From: Candidatus Woesearchaeota archaeon
Lineage (GTDB): Archaea; Nanobdellota; Nanobdellia; Woesearchaeales; JBJKQO01
DNA length: 64,000 nucleotides
Assembly (NCBI GenBank): GCA_046705145.1
Contig: JBJKQO010000008.1
Coordinates: 16,686 to 80,685, forward strand
Direction of reading: 5' to 3'
Shown here: piece after piece, positions 38,671 to 49,287 of the stretch
Position numbering within the stretch: the first letter of the stretch is position 1
Layout of the letters: every line of letters starts with the position of its first letter
The notes under the pieces: generated by a model
What the model saw: the letters and a program-made list of their open reading frames with translations, nothing else
Told to the model about the DNA's origin: nothing
Database searches by the model: none
Program-made: the position numbers and the translations under genes

Positions 38671-38830
38671 TGAACATGGCAGGACTATCAGGTGACATTG
38701 GGGGGACCACAAGCTTTATAAAGAGAAGCAGAGTCCTTGCTATATTCCGAAACAATCATTCTGACGACAAATCAAGATAGGCTGGCCCTATCTGCTTCTG
38801 TTGTGGATCCTTGTTTTGGGAGAGTGTTCA
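38671..38830 (+). ncRNA. Candidate structured RNA upstream of tRNA-Asp
   Basis: Nested helices TGAACA/TGTTCA, CCACAA/TTGTGG, AGAAGCAGA/TCTGCTTCT; TATA near 38638. Confidence 0.3.
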
Positions 38831-38840
38831 GATAATACAT

Positions 38841-39021
38841 GCCCTGGTAGTGTAGTCTGGCGCAGCGTCAACAACGACATGTTGCGATGCAGAAACTATC
38901 ATGAAGCCCTGTCGAGACATTAGGGCATCCGCCTTATGTTGCACAAAGGCTTCGACTCGGGTTCAAATGAGGTTTCAGGGAAGATCTTCCTGAAGCCTGG
39001 CTGAAAGTCCCGGCCAGGGCG
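38841..39021 (+). tRNA. tRNA-Asp(GTC) with three introns (D-loop, anticodon loop, T-loop)
   Basis: GCCCTGG/CCAGGGC-G; AAGCC-CTGTCG..GGCTT; CTCGGGTTCAAA[..]TCCCGG. Confidence 0.85.
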
Positions 39022-39037
39022 TTTATTTTCATAAAGA

Positions 39038-39159
39038 GGGCCGGTAGCTCAGCCTGGACCTAGATAACCGTTATGGTTATAAGGGGCAACTAGAGCACCT
39101 GACTTTTATCTTTAGGGAAAGTCATCAGGTGGTCGCGAGTTCGAATCTCGTCCGGCCCA
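39038..39159 (+). tRNA. tRNA-Lys(TTT) with D-loop and anticodon-loop introns
   Basis: GGGCCGG/CCGGCCC-A; CCTGA-CTTTTA..A-TCAGG; GTTCGAATC. Confidence 0.88.
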
Positions 39160-39197
39160 TCTTATAATCAAAAACCAAACAAAGAAGGCACGTCAAA

Positions 39198-39461
39198 ATG
39201 GCAAAAAAAACTAAGACTTCATCTAAAAAAATGGTTGTTTCAAAGCACTTTCTAATACCAAAACATTCAAAGCTTTCAGAAAAAGACAAGAAAGCTGTTC
39301 TTGACAAGTACCAGATAACTCCTGCGCTGCTGCCAAAGATCCTTAAGGATGATCCTGCAATCCAGGGCCTTGACGTAAAGATAGGGGACGTCATAAAGAT
39401 TGAGAGGAACAGCCCAACATCAGGCAAAACAAACTTTTACAGGTGTGTTATAGATGGATAA
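39198..39461 (+). CDS. rpo5: RNA polymerase subunit Rpo5 (H)
   Basis: HFLIPKH, LPKILKDDPA, GDVIKIERNSPTSG. Confidence 0.95.
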   Translation: MAKKTKTSSKKMVVSKHFLIPKHSKLSEKDKKAVLDKYQITPALLPKILKDDPAIQGLDVKIGDVIKIERNSPTSGKTNFYRCVIDG

Positions 39462-40938
39462 GCCTTCAAGAATAATACTGCAGAAGTATTTTGAGGAACA
39501 CTCGCTAGTCAAGTCAGACATTGAATCTTTCAACAACTTCATAGAGTACCAGCTCCAGAAGATATTGGAAGAGAACAAGGATATCGAGCCGACGATCATC
39601 CCTAACAATGTTGATGAGTTCAGGATAAGGCTTGACAGGATATGGGTCACAAAGCCTGAGATAACAGAAGCTGACGGATCAAAAAGGGAGCTTTACCCTG
39701 TCGAGGCAAGGCTTCGTAACATAACATATGCTGCTCCATGCTACATCGAGGTTTCTTCTCATGTGAACGATGTCCAGAGGGAATCTTTTACCACGCAGAT
39801 AGGGAGCATACCTATCATGCTTAAGTCAAATTTCTGCCACCTTAACAACCTCAAGAGGGAGGAACTGATAGACAGGGGAGAGGATCCTGATGATCCTGGC
39901 GGGTATTTCATAATCAACGGCACAGAGAAGGTCATAATAGATATAGAGGATCTTGCATCAAACAACTTCATGGTTGAGAGGGCATCAACAGGCGTCTCTC
40001 AGTTTGTAGGCAAGATGTTCTCTGAGAAAGGATCCTTCAAGATACCTCACACTGTCGAGAAGATGAAAGATGGGATATTCTACCTTACGTTCACAAGGGT
40101 CAAGAGGATACCTCTTGTCGTTATGGTGAAGGCTCTTGGCCTTCTGAAGGATGAAGACATAATGAGGTTTGTCTCAAGGGAGAGGCAGTATGATGAGGTC
40201 ATAATCAATTTGTACGAGTTCCTTGACATCAAGTCAGAAGATGATGCGATGGATTACATCGCAAAAAAGATAGGGATAACCCAGTCAAAAGAGATAAGGA
40301 TCGAGAGGATGGGAGACATAATCGACAGGTACCTCCTGCCTCATCTTGGTACTGGCAAGGAATCAAGGCTGTACAAGGCATATAACCTTTGCAAGATGAT
40401 CAAGAAGTTCATAAAGGTAGAGAGCGGAGAGCTTGGCGAGGATGACAAGGACCATTATGCAAACAAGAAACTTAAGTTCTCAGGAGACCTTCTTGCTGAT
40501 CTTTTCATGGTCAACCTCAAGGTCCTGATAGGCGACATCCTTTACAATTTCCAGAGGATTGTCAAGAGAGGGAAGTTCCCATCAATAAAGGTAATAATAA
40601 GGGACAAGCTTCTCACACAAAGGATATATTCATCGATGGCTACAGGCGCATGGGTAGGCGGAAGGAAAGGTATAAGCCAGCGTATACAAAGGCTTAACTT
40701 CCTTGATACGATGTCTCACCTGATGAGGGTCATATCCCCATTGTCTGCATCCCAGGAAAACTTTGATGCAAGGGAGCTTCACTGCACCCACCTAGGAAGG
40801 CTTTGTCCGATCGAGACCCCTGAGGGAACAAACATAGGCCTTAGGAAAAACCTTTCTCTTCTTGCTTCAATATCAAAGGAATCAAATGAGAACGATCTTA
40901 TGAAATCACTATTAGCTCTTGGCATGAAGAAGGTGTGA
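39454..40938 (+). CDS. rpo2N: RNA polymerase subunit Rpo2N (B'')
   Basis: EARLRNITY, DPGGYFIINGTE, CPIETPEG. Confidence 0.97.
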   Translation: MDKPSRIILQKYFEEHSLVKSDIESFNNFIEYQLQKILEENKDIEPTIIPNNVDEFRIRLDRIWVTKPEITEADGSKRELYPVEARLRNITYAAPCYIEVSSHVNDVQRESFTTQIGSIPIMLKSNFCHLNNLKREELIDRGEDPDDPGGYFIINGTEKVIIDIEDLASNNFMVERASTGVSQFVGKMFSEKGSFKIPHTVEKMKDGIFYLTFTRVKRIPLVVMVKALGLLKDEDIMRFVSRERQYDEVIINLYEFLDIKSEDDAMDYIAKKIGITQSKEIRIERMGDIIDRYLLPHLGTGKESRLYKAYNLCKMIKKFIKVESGELGEDDKDHYANKKLKFSGDLLADLFMVNLKVLIGDILYNFQRIVKRGKFPSIKVIIRDKLLTQRIYSSMATGAWVGGRKGISQRIQRLNFLDTMSHLMRVISPLSASQENFDARELHCTHLGRLCPIETPEGTNIGLRKNLSLLASISKESNENDLMKSLLALGMKKV

Positions 40939-40942
40939 TCAG

Positions 40943-42745
40943 ATGGCAGAAATATACTTAAACGGAGTCTTTGTAGGATATGTCGAAAATAACGATGAGT
41001 TTGTCAAGCAGTTCAAGGCTGAAAGAAGGCGTGGAACTATCGACAGCAACGCAAACATAAGGTATGACGAGCTTAATGACGAGATAAAGATCGAAGGTAC
41101 AGGCGGAAGGGCAAGGAGGCCTCTTATCGTAGTCAAGGACGGCATACCCCTGCTTACTGAGCAGCACGTCAAGCAGATGCAAAAAGGTGAGATAAAATGG
41201 AAGGATCTTGTGACACAGGGTGTTATAGAGTATCTTGACGCTTCTGAGGAAGAGAACGCATTTGTCGCTTTTAACGAAAAAGATGTTACGCAGGAGCACA
41301 CTCATATGGAGATAAGCCCTCTTGTGATGTTTGGGCTTTGCGCATCGCTTGTCCCTTACGCTAACCATTCTCCTCCTGCAAGGATCAACATGGGTGCAAA
41401 GAACCAGAAGCAGGCGCTTGGTTTTTACGCTGCTAACTTCTCTGTCAGGATGGACATGGACGTAAACCTTATGCACACCCCGCAGGTCCCTCTTGTCCAG
41501 ACAGTCATGCACGAGCTTTCTGATTATGACAAGCATCCTGCCGGACAAAACATCATAGTTGCAGTCATGAGCTACAAAGGCTATAACATGGAAGACGCTA
41601 TAGTCATAAACAAGGGCTCGATAGAAAGAGGCTTTGGAAGAAGCACCTATTTTAGGCCGCTTGTAACAGAGGAGCTCAGATATTCAGGAGGCCTTATGGA
41701 CCAGGTATGCGTGCCTGACAAGGACGTCAAGGGATACAAGAGCGAAAAGGATTACAGGCTTCTTGAGAACGACGGTATAATCTACCCTGAAGCTTCAGTG
41801 AGAGAAGAGGATGTTGTCATAGGAAAGACATCCCCTCCAAGGTTCCTTTCAGGGATGGACGAGTATAATCTTGCTTCAAACACAAGAAGGGAAAGCTCAG
41901 TAGCGCTGAGGCATGGCGAGGAAGGAGTTGTTGATTTCGTCCTTGTTACCGAAAACGAGGAAGGCAACAAGCTTATCCAGGTAAGGGTAAGGGATGACAG
42001 GGTGCCTGAGATAGGGGACAAGTTCACCTCAAGGCACGGGCAAAAAGGAGTTGTCGGGCTGATAGTCCCTCATGAGGACATGCCGTACTCCGCTTCGGGA
42101 ATAGTACCAGACCTTATATTCTCGCCTCACGGAATCCCTTCGAGGATGACGATATCCCATCTTATGGAGCTTATAGCAGGCAAGACAGGAGCTCTTTCAG
42201 GAAGGCTGATTGACGGGACGACATTTGATTCTGAATCAGAAGAGAGCATAAGAAAAGAGCTTCTTTCGATGGGATTCAGGGAGTCAGGAGTCGAGGCGAT
42301 GTATAACGGCGTTACAGGAGAAAAATTCGAGGCAAAGATATACGTCGGCCCTATGTATTACCTGAAGCTTAGGCACATGGTCGCAAACAAGATGCATTCA
42401 AGGGCGCGCGGTCCGATACAGCTGCTTACAAGGCAGCCTACTGAAGGAAGGGCAAAAGAAGGAGGACTAAGGCTGGGAGAGATGGAAAAGGATACTTTCA
42501 TCGCTCATGGAGCATCGCTTCTCCTGAAAGAAAGGTTTGATTCTGACAAGACAATAGTCCCTGTCTGCGAGAGCTGCGGCATAATCGCGGTATATGACAG
42601 CTTTAAGGACAAGAAGCACTGCCCTATATGCGGTGAGTCAACAGACATATCAAACATCGAGATCAGTTATGCTTTTAAGCTTATGCTTGACGAGGTAAAA
42701 AGCCTGGGGATATACCCTAAGCTTGAGCTCGAGAATAAATATTAA
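40943..42745 (+). CDS. rpo2C: RNA polymerase subunit Rpo2C (B')
   Basis: GYNMED, GDKFTSRHGQKG, GGLRLGEME, Zn ribbon. Confidence 0.97.
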   Translation: MAEIYLNGVFVGYVENNDEFVKQFKAERRRGTIDSNANIRYDELNDEIKIEGTGGRARRPLIVVKDGIPLLTEQHVKQMQKGEIKWKDLVTQGVIEYLDASEEENAFVAFNEKDVTQEHTHMEISPLVMFGLCASLVPYANHSPPARINMGAKNQKQALGFYAANFSVRMDMDVNLMHTPQVPLVQTVMHELSDYDKHPAGQNIIVAVMSYKGYNMEDAIVINKGSIERGFGRSTYFRPLVTEELRYSGGLMDQVCVPDKDVKGYKSEKDYRLLENDGIIYPEASVREEDVVIGKTSPPRFLSGMDEYNLASNTRRESSVALRHGEEGVVDFVLVTENEEGNKLIQVRVRDDRVPEIGDKFTSRHGQKGVVGLIVPHEDMPYSASGIVPDLIFSPHGIPSRMTISHLMELIAGKTGALSGRLIDGTTFDSESEESIRKELLSMGFRESGVEAMYNGVTGEKFEAKIYVGPMYYLKLRHMVANKMHSRARGPIQLLTRQPTEGRAKEGGLRLGEMEKDTFIAHGASLLLKERFDSDKTIVPVCESCGIIAVYDSFKDKKHCPICGESTDISNIEISYAFKLMLDEVKSLGIYPKLELENKY

Positions 42746-42768
42746 TCAAATGAGCAGGGTTATAAAAA

Positions 42769-45492
42769 ATGCCAGAAGACAATGAGGAAATAACAGCTGG
42801 AATTGAAGAGTCTCCTGCAGAGGAGGCAGTTGAGCTACAGGATGATTCTGACACTCAGAAATCTTCAAGTGAAGAGGTTGCTGAAGTGGATGAGATTACA
42901 GACATCGCAGAGTATTCAGATTATGTCTACAAGAAGGTCAGCGGTATCGTCTTTGGCGTGCTTAGTCCAAAGATGATAGAGAAGATGGCTTCAGCAAAGA
43001 TAGTCACGCCTGAGCTTTACGACAAGGAAGGATACCCTGTAGATGGCGGCCTTATGGACATAAGGCTTGGCGTTATCGATCCAGGGCTTAAATGCAAGAC
43101 CTGCGGATCAAAGCTAAAGGAATGCCCTGGCCACTTCGGATATATCGAGCTTGCAAGGCCGGTCATCCACATCAAGTACAAGGATGAGATACTTACTATC
43201 CTAAGGTCGATCTGCATGGAATGCGGAAGGGTCCTTATCCCAAGCTCAAAAAGGGAGGAAGTCCTAAAAGAGCTTGCAAGGATCGAGAAAGAAGAAGGCA
43301 TTGAAGCAAGAAGGAAGGCAGTAAAGGACATAATAGCAGAGCTTAAGCTTCAGAACAAGTGCCCTCACTGCAAGGCAAAGCAGCCTAAGGTCACGCTTGA
43401 GAAGCCTACAACATATCTTGAGAATGAGAAAAGGATAAATCCTATAGAGATAAGGAGCAGGCTTGAGAAGATACCTGATGAGGACTGCGAGCTTTTCGGC
43501 ATAAACCCTAAATTTGCAAGGCCTGAATGGATGATACTTACACTGCTTCCTATCCCGCCTGTCACCATGAGACCTTCTATCACGCTTGAGTCAGGTGAGA
43601 GAAGCGAAGATGATCTTACTCATAAGCTTGGTGACATAGTCAGGATAAACCAGAGGCTTTTTGAGAACATCAACGCAGGTGCGCCTGAAATAATAGTTGA
43701 AGACCTGTGGGATCTTCTGCAGTATCATATCACTACATTCTTCGACAATGAGGTTCCGCAGCTGCCTCCAGCAAGGCACAGGAGCGGTCAGCCTCTTAAG
43801 ACTATAACTGAAAGGATAAAGTCAAAGGAAGGAAGGATAAGGCATAACCTTGCAGGTAAAAGGACAAACTTTTCAGCTCGTACTGTCATAAGTCCTGACC
43901 CTATGCTTAGGATAAATGAGGTAGGCGTCCCTATGGAGATTGCCATGAAGCTTACAGTTCCTGAGACAGTTAACGCTTGGAACATGGAATACTTAAAGAG
44001 TTTCGTCGAGAAAGGCCCAACAGAGTACCCTGGAGCAAACTACATCGTCAGGCCTGACGGAAAGAAAAAGAAGATAACAGAAGAGACAAAAGAGCAGTCT
44101 CTTGAGGAATTGCAGCCAGGATATGCTGTCGAAAGACACCTTCTTGACGGAGATGTCGCGATATTTAACAGGCAGCCTTCGCTTCACAGGATGAGCATGA
44201 TGTGCCACCGTGTGAGGGTTCTTCCAGGAAGGACACTAAGGCTTAACCCTGCTGTCTGTCACCCTTACAACGCAGACTTTGATGGTGACGAGATGAACCT
44301 TCACATACCTCAGACTGAGGAATCAAGGGCTGAAGCTGAGATACTGATGGAGGTCCAGACGCAGCTTATCTCGCCAAGGTACGGACTTTCGGTCATAGGA
44401 TGCATCCAGGACGCTATATCCGGAAACTATATCCTTACGAAAGACCTTGAGCTAAAGCGTGAGGATGCTGTTGACCTTCTTGTCTCTGTAGGCATAACTG
44501 ATTTTTCAAAGGTTCCTGGAAAGAAGACCCTCTCTGGAAAAGAGATATTCTCAGTCCTTCTCCCTGAGGACTTCTCGTTTAAGGGAAGATCAAAATCAAA
44601 GGACAAGAACGGTTCTGACGATCTTCTTATAGAGGAAGGGAAGCTTATCAAGGGAGTGATGGACAGGGCAAACCTTGGAGAGGGATCAGGACTCATGCTT
44701 AGGAACCTCTACAAGAAGTATGGTCCTGACAGGACTGTCGAGATACTTCATAACATACTTAAGCTAGGGATCGAGACATTGTTCAAGATCGGGTTCACAA
44801 ACGTCATCTCAGACACAGACCTTCCCAAAGAGGCAGTTGAGATGATAGAGAAGCAGATAGATGATGCTGAAACAAGCGTAGAGGAGCTTATTGACCAGTT
44901 CCATGAGGGAAAGCTTGAGGCTCTTCCAGGAAGGGGCATAAGAGAGACGCTTGAGCTAAGGATACTTGAGCTTCTGAACAAGACAAGAAACACAATAGGA
45001 AACCTTGTTGCAGAATATGCAGACAAGAAGACAAGTACGATAATCATGGCTTATTCAGGAGCGAGAGGAACGCCTATCAACCTGGCTCAGATGGCTGCTT
45101 GCATCGGCCAGCAGGCTATGAGGGGCAAGAGGATAGAGAAAGGCTATAGGGACAGGACATTGTCATGCTTTAAGCCTGGAGACCTTGCGCCTGAAGCGCA
45201 TGGCTTTATCAAGCACGGATTTAAGAAAGGCATGGACCCTCATGAGTTCTTCTTCGGCGCTATGACCGGAAGAGACTCGCTGATGGATACTGCTCTTCGT
45301 ACTCCTAAGTCAGGATATCTTTACAGGAGGCTTGCTAACGCTCTCCAGGACCTGAAGGTAGAATATGATAATACCATAAGGGACGCTTCATGGAAGATAG
45401 TGCAGTTCATGTATGGAGAAGACGGTATAGATGTATCAAAGTCTGAGAAAGGAGAGATAAATGTCAAGAGGATAATCGATTCGATGGTATGA
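42769..45492 (+). CDS. rpo1N: RNA polymerase subunit Rpo1N (A')
   Basis: YNADFDGDEM catalytic motif, CPGHFG. Confidence 0.98.
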   Translation: MPEDNEEITAGIEESPAEEAVELQDDSDTQKSSSEEVAEVDEITDIAEYSDYVYKKVSGIVFGVLSPKMIEKMASAKIVTPELYDKEGYPVDGGLMDIRLGVIDPGLKCKTCGSKLKECPGHFGYIELARPVIHIKYKDEILTILRSICMECGRVLIPSSKREEVLKELARIEKEEGIEARRKAVKDIIAELKLQNKCPHCKAKQPKVTLEKPTTYLENEKRINPIEIRSRLEKIPDEDCELFGINPKFARPEWMILTLLPIPPVTMRPSITLESGERSEDDLTHKLGDIVRINQRLFENINAGAPEIIVEDLWDLLQYHITTFFDNEVPQLPPARHRSGQPLKTITERIKSKEGRIRHNLAGKRTNFSARTVISPDPMLRINEVGVPMEIAMKLTVPETVNAWNMEYLKSFVEKGPTEYPGANYIVRPDGKKKKITEETKEQSLEELQPGYAVERHLLDGDVAIFNRQPSLHRMSMMCHRVRVLPGRTLRLNPAVCHPYNADFDGDEMNLHIPQTEESRAEAEILMEVQTQLISPRYGLSVIGCIQDAISGNYILTKDLELKREDAVDLLVSVGITDFSKVPGKKTLSGKEIFSVLLPEDFSFKGRSKSKDKNGSDDLLIEEGKLIKGVMDRANLGEGSGLMLRNLYKKYGPDRTVEILHNILKLGIETLFKIGFTNVISDTDLPKEAVEMIEKQIDDAETSVEELIDQFHEGKLEALPGRGIRETLELRILELLNKTRNTIGNLVAEYADKKTSTIIMAYSGARGTPINLAQMAACIGQQAMRGKRIEKGYRDRTLSCFKPGDLAPEAHGFIKHGFKKGMDPHEFFFGAMTGRDSLMDTALRTPKSGYLYRRLANALQDLKVEYDNTIRDASWKIVQFMYGEDGIDVSKSEKGEINVKRIIDSMV

Positions 45493-45523
45493 TCTATCCT
45501 GAAAGATTATGAAGGTGTTGATA

Positions 45524-46660
45524 ATGGTTGAGGAACTATTCAAGGAATATGAGGACAAGCTTCCAAGGAAGATTCTTGATGACTTAAATGAGTATCTCCC
45601 TAAGGGTATAGCGAAGACAAAGGCAAAGAAGATCTTTGAGAAGGTCTATGAGGAGTATGTCAATGCTCAGATAGAGCCTGGCGAAAGCGTGGGGATAGTC
45701 TCAGCAGAGTCCATAGGCGAGCCTGGTACGCAGATGACGCTTAACACGTTCCACTTTGCTGGAGTCGCTGAGATGAACGTCACTATGGGCCTTCCTAGGA
45801 TAATAGAGATCCTCGACGGAACAAAGAACCCTTCAACCCCTATGATGGAGATATACCTTAAGGAGCCTTACAACCAGGGAAAGGACATAAGGAAGATCGC
45901 CATGTCGCTTAAGGAGACAAAACTTTCAGAGGTCGCAAAAGAGTTCATAATAAGCATAATGGAATCCACTATCGAGGTCAGCCTTAACATAGAGAAGATG
46001 GACGAGCTAAAGCTTGACATAAATTCTCTTGCTGCGATAATCAAGAAGAACATAACCGAGATGAACGTCAAGGCTTCAAAGGATTCTTTGGTACTTAAGT
46101 CAAAGAAGAAGAACGAGAACCTAAACGAGGTCTATAAGATCAAGGAGAAGCTTAAGGAGACCTACATCTCTGGTGTCAAGAACATCAAGCAGGTCCTTCC
46201 TATAAGGAAAGGCGATGAGTTCATAATCGTAACTGCAGGCACGAACCTCAAGAAGGTACTTGAGCTTGACTTTGTGGATACGGAGAAGACCATATCGACT
46301 GATGTCTGGGAGGTCTTTGACGTCTTGGGAGTTGAGGCTGCAAGGCAGGCCATAATAAACGAGGTCTACAAGGTTATCGAGGCTCAGGGGTTAAACGTTG
46401 ACATAAGGCACATCATGCTTGTCGCTGACACCATGTGCGCTCTTGGAAGCGTGAAGGGCATAACAAGGTATGGTGTCGTGTCAGAGAAGGCGTCAGTCCT
46501 TGCAAGGGCTTCTTTTGAGACGCCTATAAAGCACATAATAAACGCTGCATTGATAGGCGAGAAAGACCCTCTGAAGTCAGTTATCGAGAACGTCATGCTG
46601 AACCAGCCGGTTCCTGTAGGCACAGGACTTCCTTCGCTGGTGACAAAAGTCAAGAAATGA
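45524..46660 (+). CDS. rpo1C: RNA polymerase subunit Rpo1C (A'')
   Basis: [20 protein letters not shown]. Confidence 0.97.
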   Translation: MVEELFKEYEDKLPRKILDDLNEYLPKGIAKTKAKKIFEKVYEEYVNAQIEPGESVGIVSAESIGEPGTQMTLNTFHFAGVAEMNVTMGLPRIIEILDGTKNPSTPMMEIYLKEPYNQGKDIRKIAMSLKETKLSEVAKEFIISIMESTIEVSLNIEKMDELKLDINSLAAIIKKNITEMNVKASKDSLVLKSKKKNENLNEVYKIKEKLKETYISGVKNIKQVLPIRKGDEFIIVTAGTNLKKVLELDFVDTEKTISTDVWEVFDVLGVEAARQAIINEVYKVIEAQGLNVDIRHIMLVADTMCALGSVKGITRYGVVSEKASVLARASFETPIKHIINAALIGEKDPLKSVIENVMLNQPVPVGTGLPSLVTKVKK

Positions 46661-46700
46661 TAAGAGGATAAAGATCAAACATTTTTGGAGATGATTCAAT

Positions 46701-46985
46701 ATGGCTAAAAAAGTTGTTGAGGAAACAGTCAAAGAGATAAAGAAGGCGTTGGAAGAGAAGAAGGTAGTTTTTGGAGCAGATGTTACGCTTAAGAACCTTA
46801 AGACCGGCAAGGTAAGCCTTATCTACCTTACATCAAACTGTCCTGAAGAGCTAAAGGAGAACATCCTGCATCATGCCAAGGTAGGCGGGATAGCAATAAG
46901 GGAGATATCCTATTCTGATGAGGAACTAGGGATAATATGCAAAAAGCCTTTTTCGATTTCAGTTCTCACTATTTTGAAAGAATGA
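46701..46985 (+). CDS. rpl30e: 50S ribosomal protein L30e
   Basis: Position after rpo1C; ELGIICKKPFSIS. Confidence 0.9.
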   Translation: MAKKVVEETVKEIKKALEEKKVVFGADVTLKNLKTGKVSLIYLTSNCPEELKENILHHAKVGGIAIREISYSDEELGIICKKPFSISVLTILKE

Positions 46986-47401
46986 GCAGGATAAAATTTG
47001 ATTCGGAAATCATCAAGATAATATCTCTTTTTGAGGCTGTGACAAGGTCAAAGGTAAAGGATTGCATCGTCGATCCTGAGAAGATACTTTTCATAGTCGA
47101 GGAAAACGAGATATCCAAGGCGATAGGAAAAAAAGGGGCAAATGTCAGGCTTGTCGAGTCTAAGCTTAAGAGAAAGATTAAAATAGTGGAGTTCAACTCC
47201 AATGTCGTAACATTTATAAAGAACTTGATAATGCCATTGAAGGTAGACGAGATAAAAGAGGATGAACAGGGGTTGATTATCCTTAAGAGCAGCGATTCTA
47301 AGGTAAAGGGCCTGATAATTGGCCGTAACGCAAAGAATCTTCGCGCTTATGAGGGAGTAGTCAAAAGATATTTTCCGATCCAGGAAATCAAAGTCATGTG
47401 A
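46982..47401 (+). CDS. nusA: Archaeal NusA
   Basis: Two KH GxxG motifs (AIGKKG, IIGRNA); conserved position. Confidence 0.9.
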   Translation: MSRIKFDSEIIKIISLFEAVTRSKVKDCIVDPEKILFIVEENEISKAIGKKGANVRLVESKLKRKIKIVEFNSNVVTFIKNLIMPLKVDEIKEDEQGLIILKSSDSKVKGLIIGRNAKNLRAYEGVVKRYFPIQEIKVM

Positions 47402-47409
47402 GGATTAAA

Positions 47410-47847
47410 ATGAGCAATAAAGCATCAGGAATAAATGCGGCGAAGAAGCTTCAGAAGAGAAGGAAGCAGTCTAGGTGGCAGGATAGCAAATTCAAGAAAA
47501 AGGCGCTTGACCTTAAGAAGAAGGCAGATCCATTAAGGGGCGCTTCACAGGCAAAAGGCATAGTGCTTGAGAAGATCCAGCTTGAGGCAAAGCAGCCAAA
47601 CTCAGCTATGAGGAAGTGCGTTAGGGTGCAGCTTATCAAGAACGGTAAGCAGGTCACCGCTTTCGTGCCAGGTGACTCAGCGACAAAGCTTGTCGACGAG
47701 CACGATGAGGTCATAATCGAGTGCATCGGAGGAAAGATGGGAAGGGCAAAAGGAGACATCCCAGGAGTCAGATGGTGCGTGATAAAGGTTAATGATCAGT
47801 CACTACAGGCCTTGTTAGGTGGAAAAATAGAGAAGGCAAGAAGGTAA
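47410..47847 (+). CDS. rps12: 30S ribosomal protein S12
   Basis: [24 protein letters not shown]. Confidence 0.97.
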   Translation: MSNKASGINAAKKLQKRRKQSRWQDSKFKKKALDLKKKADPLRGASQAKGIVLEKIQLEAKQPNSAMRKCVRVQLIKNGKQVTAFVPGDSATKLVDEHDEVIIECIGGKMGRAKGDIPGVRWCVIKVNDQSLQALLGGKIEKARR

Positions 47848-47848
47848 A

Positions 47849-48448
47849 ATGGAAGCATTAAAAGCATTTGGAAGATGGGATACAGAAGGGATCAGGGTAG
47901 AAGATCCAGGTCTTGTGAAGTACATCAATGTTGAGCCTAAGCTTGTGCCTAAGACAGGAGCAAGATATGCTGGAAGCAAGTTCCACAAGTCAAAGACTTT
48001 TATCGTCGAAAGGCTGATCAACAAGATAATGGTCACAGGACACAAGGGAAAGAAGCACAGCAAGAGCTCAGGCCAGTTTACAGGAAAAGCCATAGTAGCT
48101 TATGATGCGACAGAGAAGGTCCTGGACATGATCGAGTCAAGGACAAAGGAAAACCCTGTGAAAGTGCTTGTCAAGGCTATAGAGAACGCAGCTCCAAGAG
48201 AAGAGATAATAACTATCGAGTACGGTGGAGCAAGGTATCCTAAGGCTGTTGAGTGCGCTCCTCAGAGAAGGATTGACATCGCTCTTAGGCAGATGACCCA
48301 GGGAGCTTACCAGAAGTCCTTTAACTCAAAGAAGTCTTACGTCTCTGCACTTGCTGACGAGATAATTGCTGCTTACAAGTTCAGCCCTAACTCACAGGCA
48401 CTTTCGAAGAAGAACGAGCTTGAAAGGCAGGCTGACAGCTCAAGGTAA
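47849..48448 (+). CDS. rps7: 30S ribosomal protein S7
   Basis: AIENAAPREE, APQRRID, ELERQA. Confidence 0.96.
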   Translation: MEALKAFGRWDTEGIRVEDPGLVKYINVEPKLVPKTGARYAGSKFHKSKTFIVERLINKIMVTGHKGKKHSKSSGQFTGKAIVAYDATEKVLDMIESRTKENPVKVLVKAIENAAPREEIITIEYGGARYPKAVECAPQRRIDIALRQMTQGAYQKSFNSKKSYVSALADEIIAAYKFSPNSQALSKKNELERQADSSR

Positions 48449-48569
48449 GTCTTTTATGTTTTTTTAATAATTTTTTCTTATATTGTCTTTTTTAGACTTT
48501 TTTAGGTATGTTGTATAGCCAGGTCTAACCGTGATAATTATAATTAATATAATGATCTAAAAAACAGTC

Positions 48570-48725
48570 CTAGTTCATTCCGCAGAATATGTCATCAAGC
48601 TCGTGTTTTGAAAGCCTTTTGGACTTGTTTAGCGCGCTCATCACAGGTTTTCTTTTCCTTCCTGTGACTTCGTCTAGAAGGCACTCATCTTCATCCCTTG
48701 CTTCAAATATGTCATCGTCGAACAT
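48570..48725 (-). CDS. Microprotein (51 aa), not in ORF track
   Basis: MFDDDIFEARDEDECLLDEVTGRKRK...DDIFCGMN*. Confidence 0.5.
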   Translation of the reverse strand: MFDDDIFEARDEDECLLDEVTGRKRKPVMSALNKSKRLSKHELDDIFCGMN

Positions 48726-48873
48726 TTTAATATCTTATAGGATCCTTTAATAAAGATCCACCCCCACAAATGTTTGTTACTATTGAGTAGTATAGGTTAT
48801 ATTTAAAGCTTTCGGTTAGAGTTTTTAATATACTAAAAAGAGAATTAGATCAAAGGGTATTAGGCTATATTTA

Positions 48874-49014
48874 TTATAACACCCTGTCGAGATACCAGTA
48901 TCTTTCGACCTTGTCTTCATAGCTTAAGGTTTCGCAGTCGCGGCACATGTACGGGTCGTATAATGCTGTCTTCCTTATAGGTGTTCCGCAGGTTATGCAT
49001 CTCCTTTTTTTCAT
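48874..49014 (-). CDS. Zn-finger microprotein (46 aa), not in ORF track
   Basis: MKKRRCITCG...MCRDCE...; SD GAGGTGA. Confidence 0.7.
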   Translation of the reverse strand: MKKRRCITCGTPIRKTALYDPYMCRDCETLSYEDKVERYWYLDRVL

Positions 49015-49077
49015 GGTTTCACCTCTCATTTAGTTTAGTGATAATCTTGATCTTGTAGTTGTGTTTGTGATCTTCAT

Positions 49078-49287
49078 CTATATCCTTAACCTGTTTTCTT
49101 GGGTTGTGTGGGTCCGGTTGCAGTGTCCGCAAAAAAACGTGTTCCTTCCCACAGTTTTCAGTTCATGCAAGCAGTTTCCGCAGATGAAAGGATGGTCAAG
49201 TATTACACCTACCATATCCCATTCTCCGTCGAATTCACGATCGTATATGTTCGTACTAAAGGCAGGACGCATGTTTACCACCCTCAC
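49078..49287 (-). CDS. Zn-ribbon small protein
   Basis: CGNC...CGHC; probable start MRPAF after GGGTGGT SD. Confidence 0.65.
   Translation of the reverse strand: MRVVNMRPAFSTNIYDREFDGEWDMVGVILDHPFICGNCLHELKTVGRNTFFCGHCNRTHTTQENRLRI

Noticed and set aside
38671-38830. RNase P or SRP RNA identity
   Set aside because: No GAGGAAAGTCC-type or helix-8 motif; the AACAGAAG match is on the minus strand in the wrong position.
39125-48093. Many antisense ORFs over the rpo operon
   Set aside because: Shadows of highly conserved genes.
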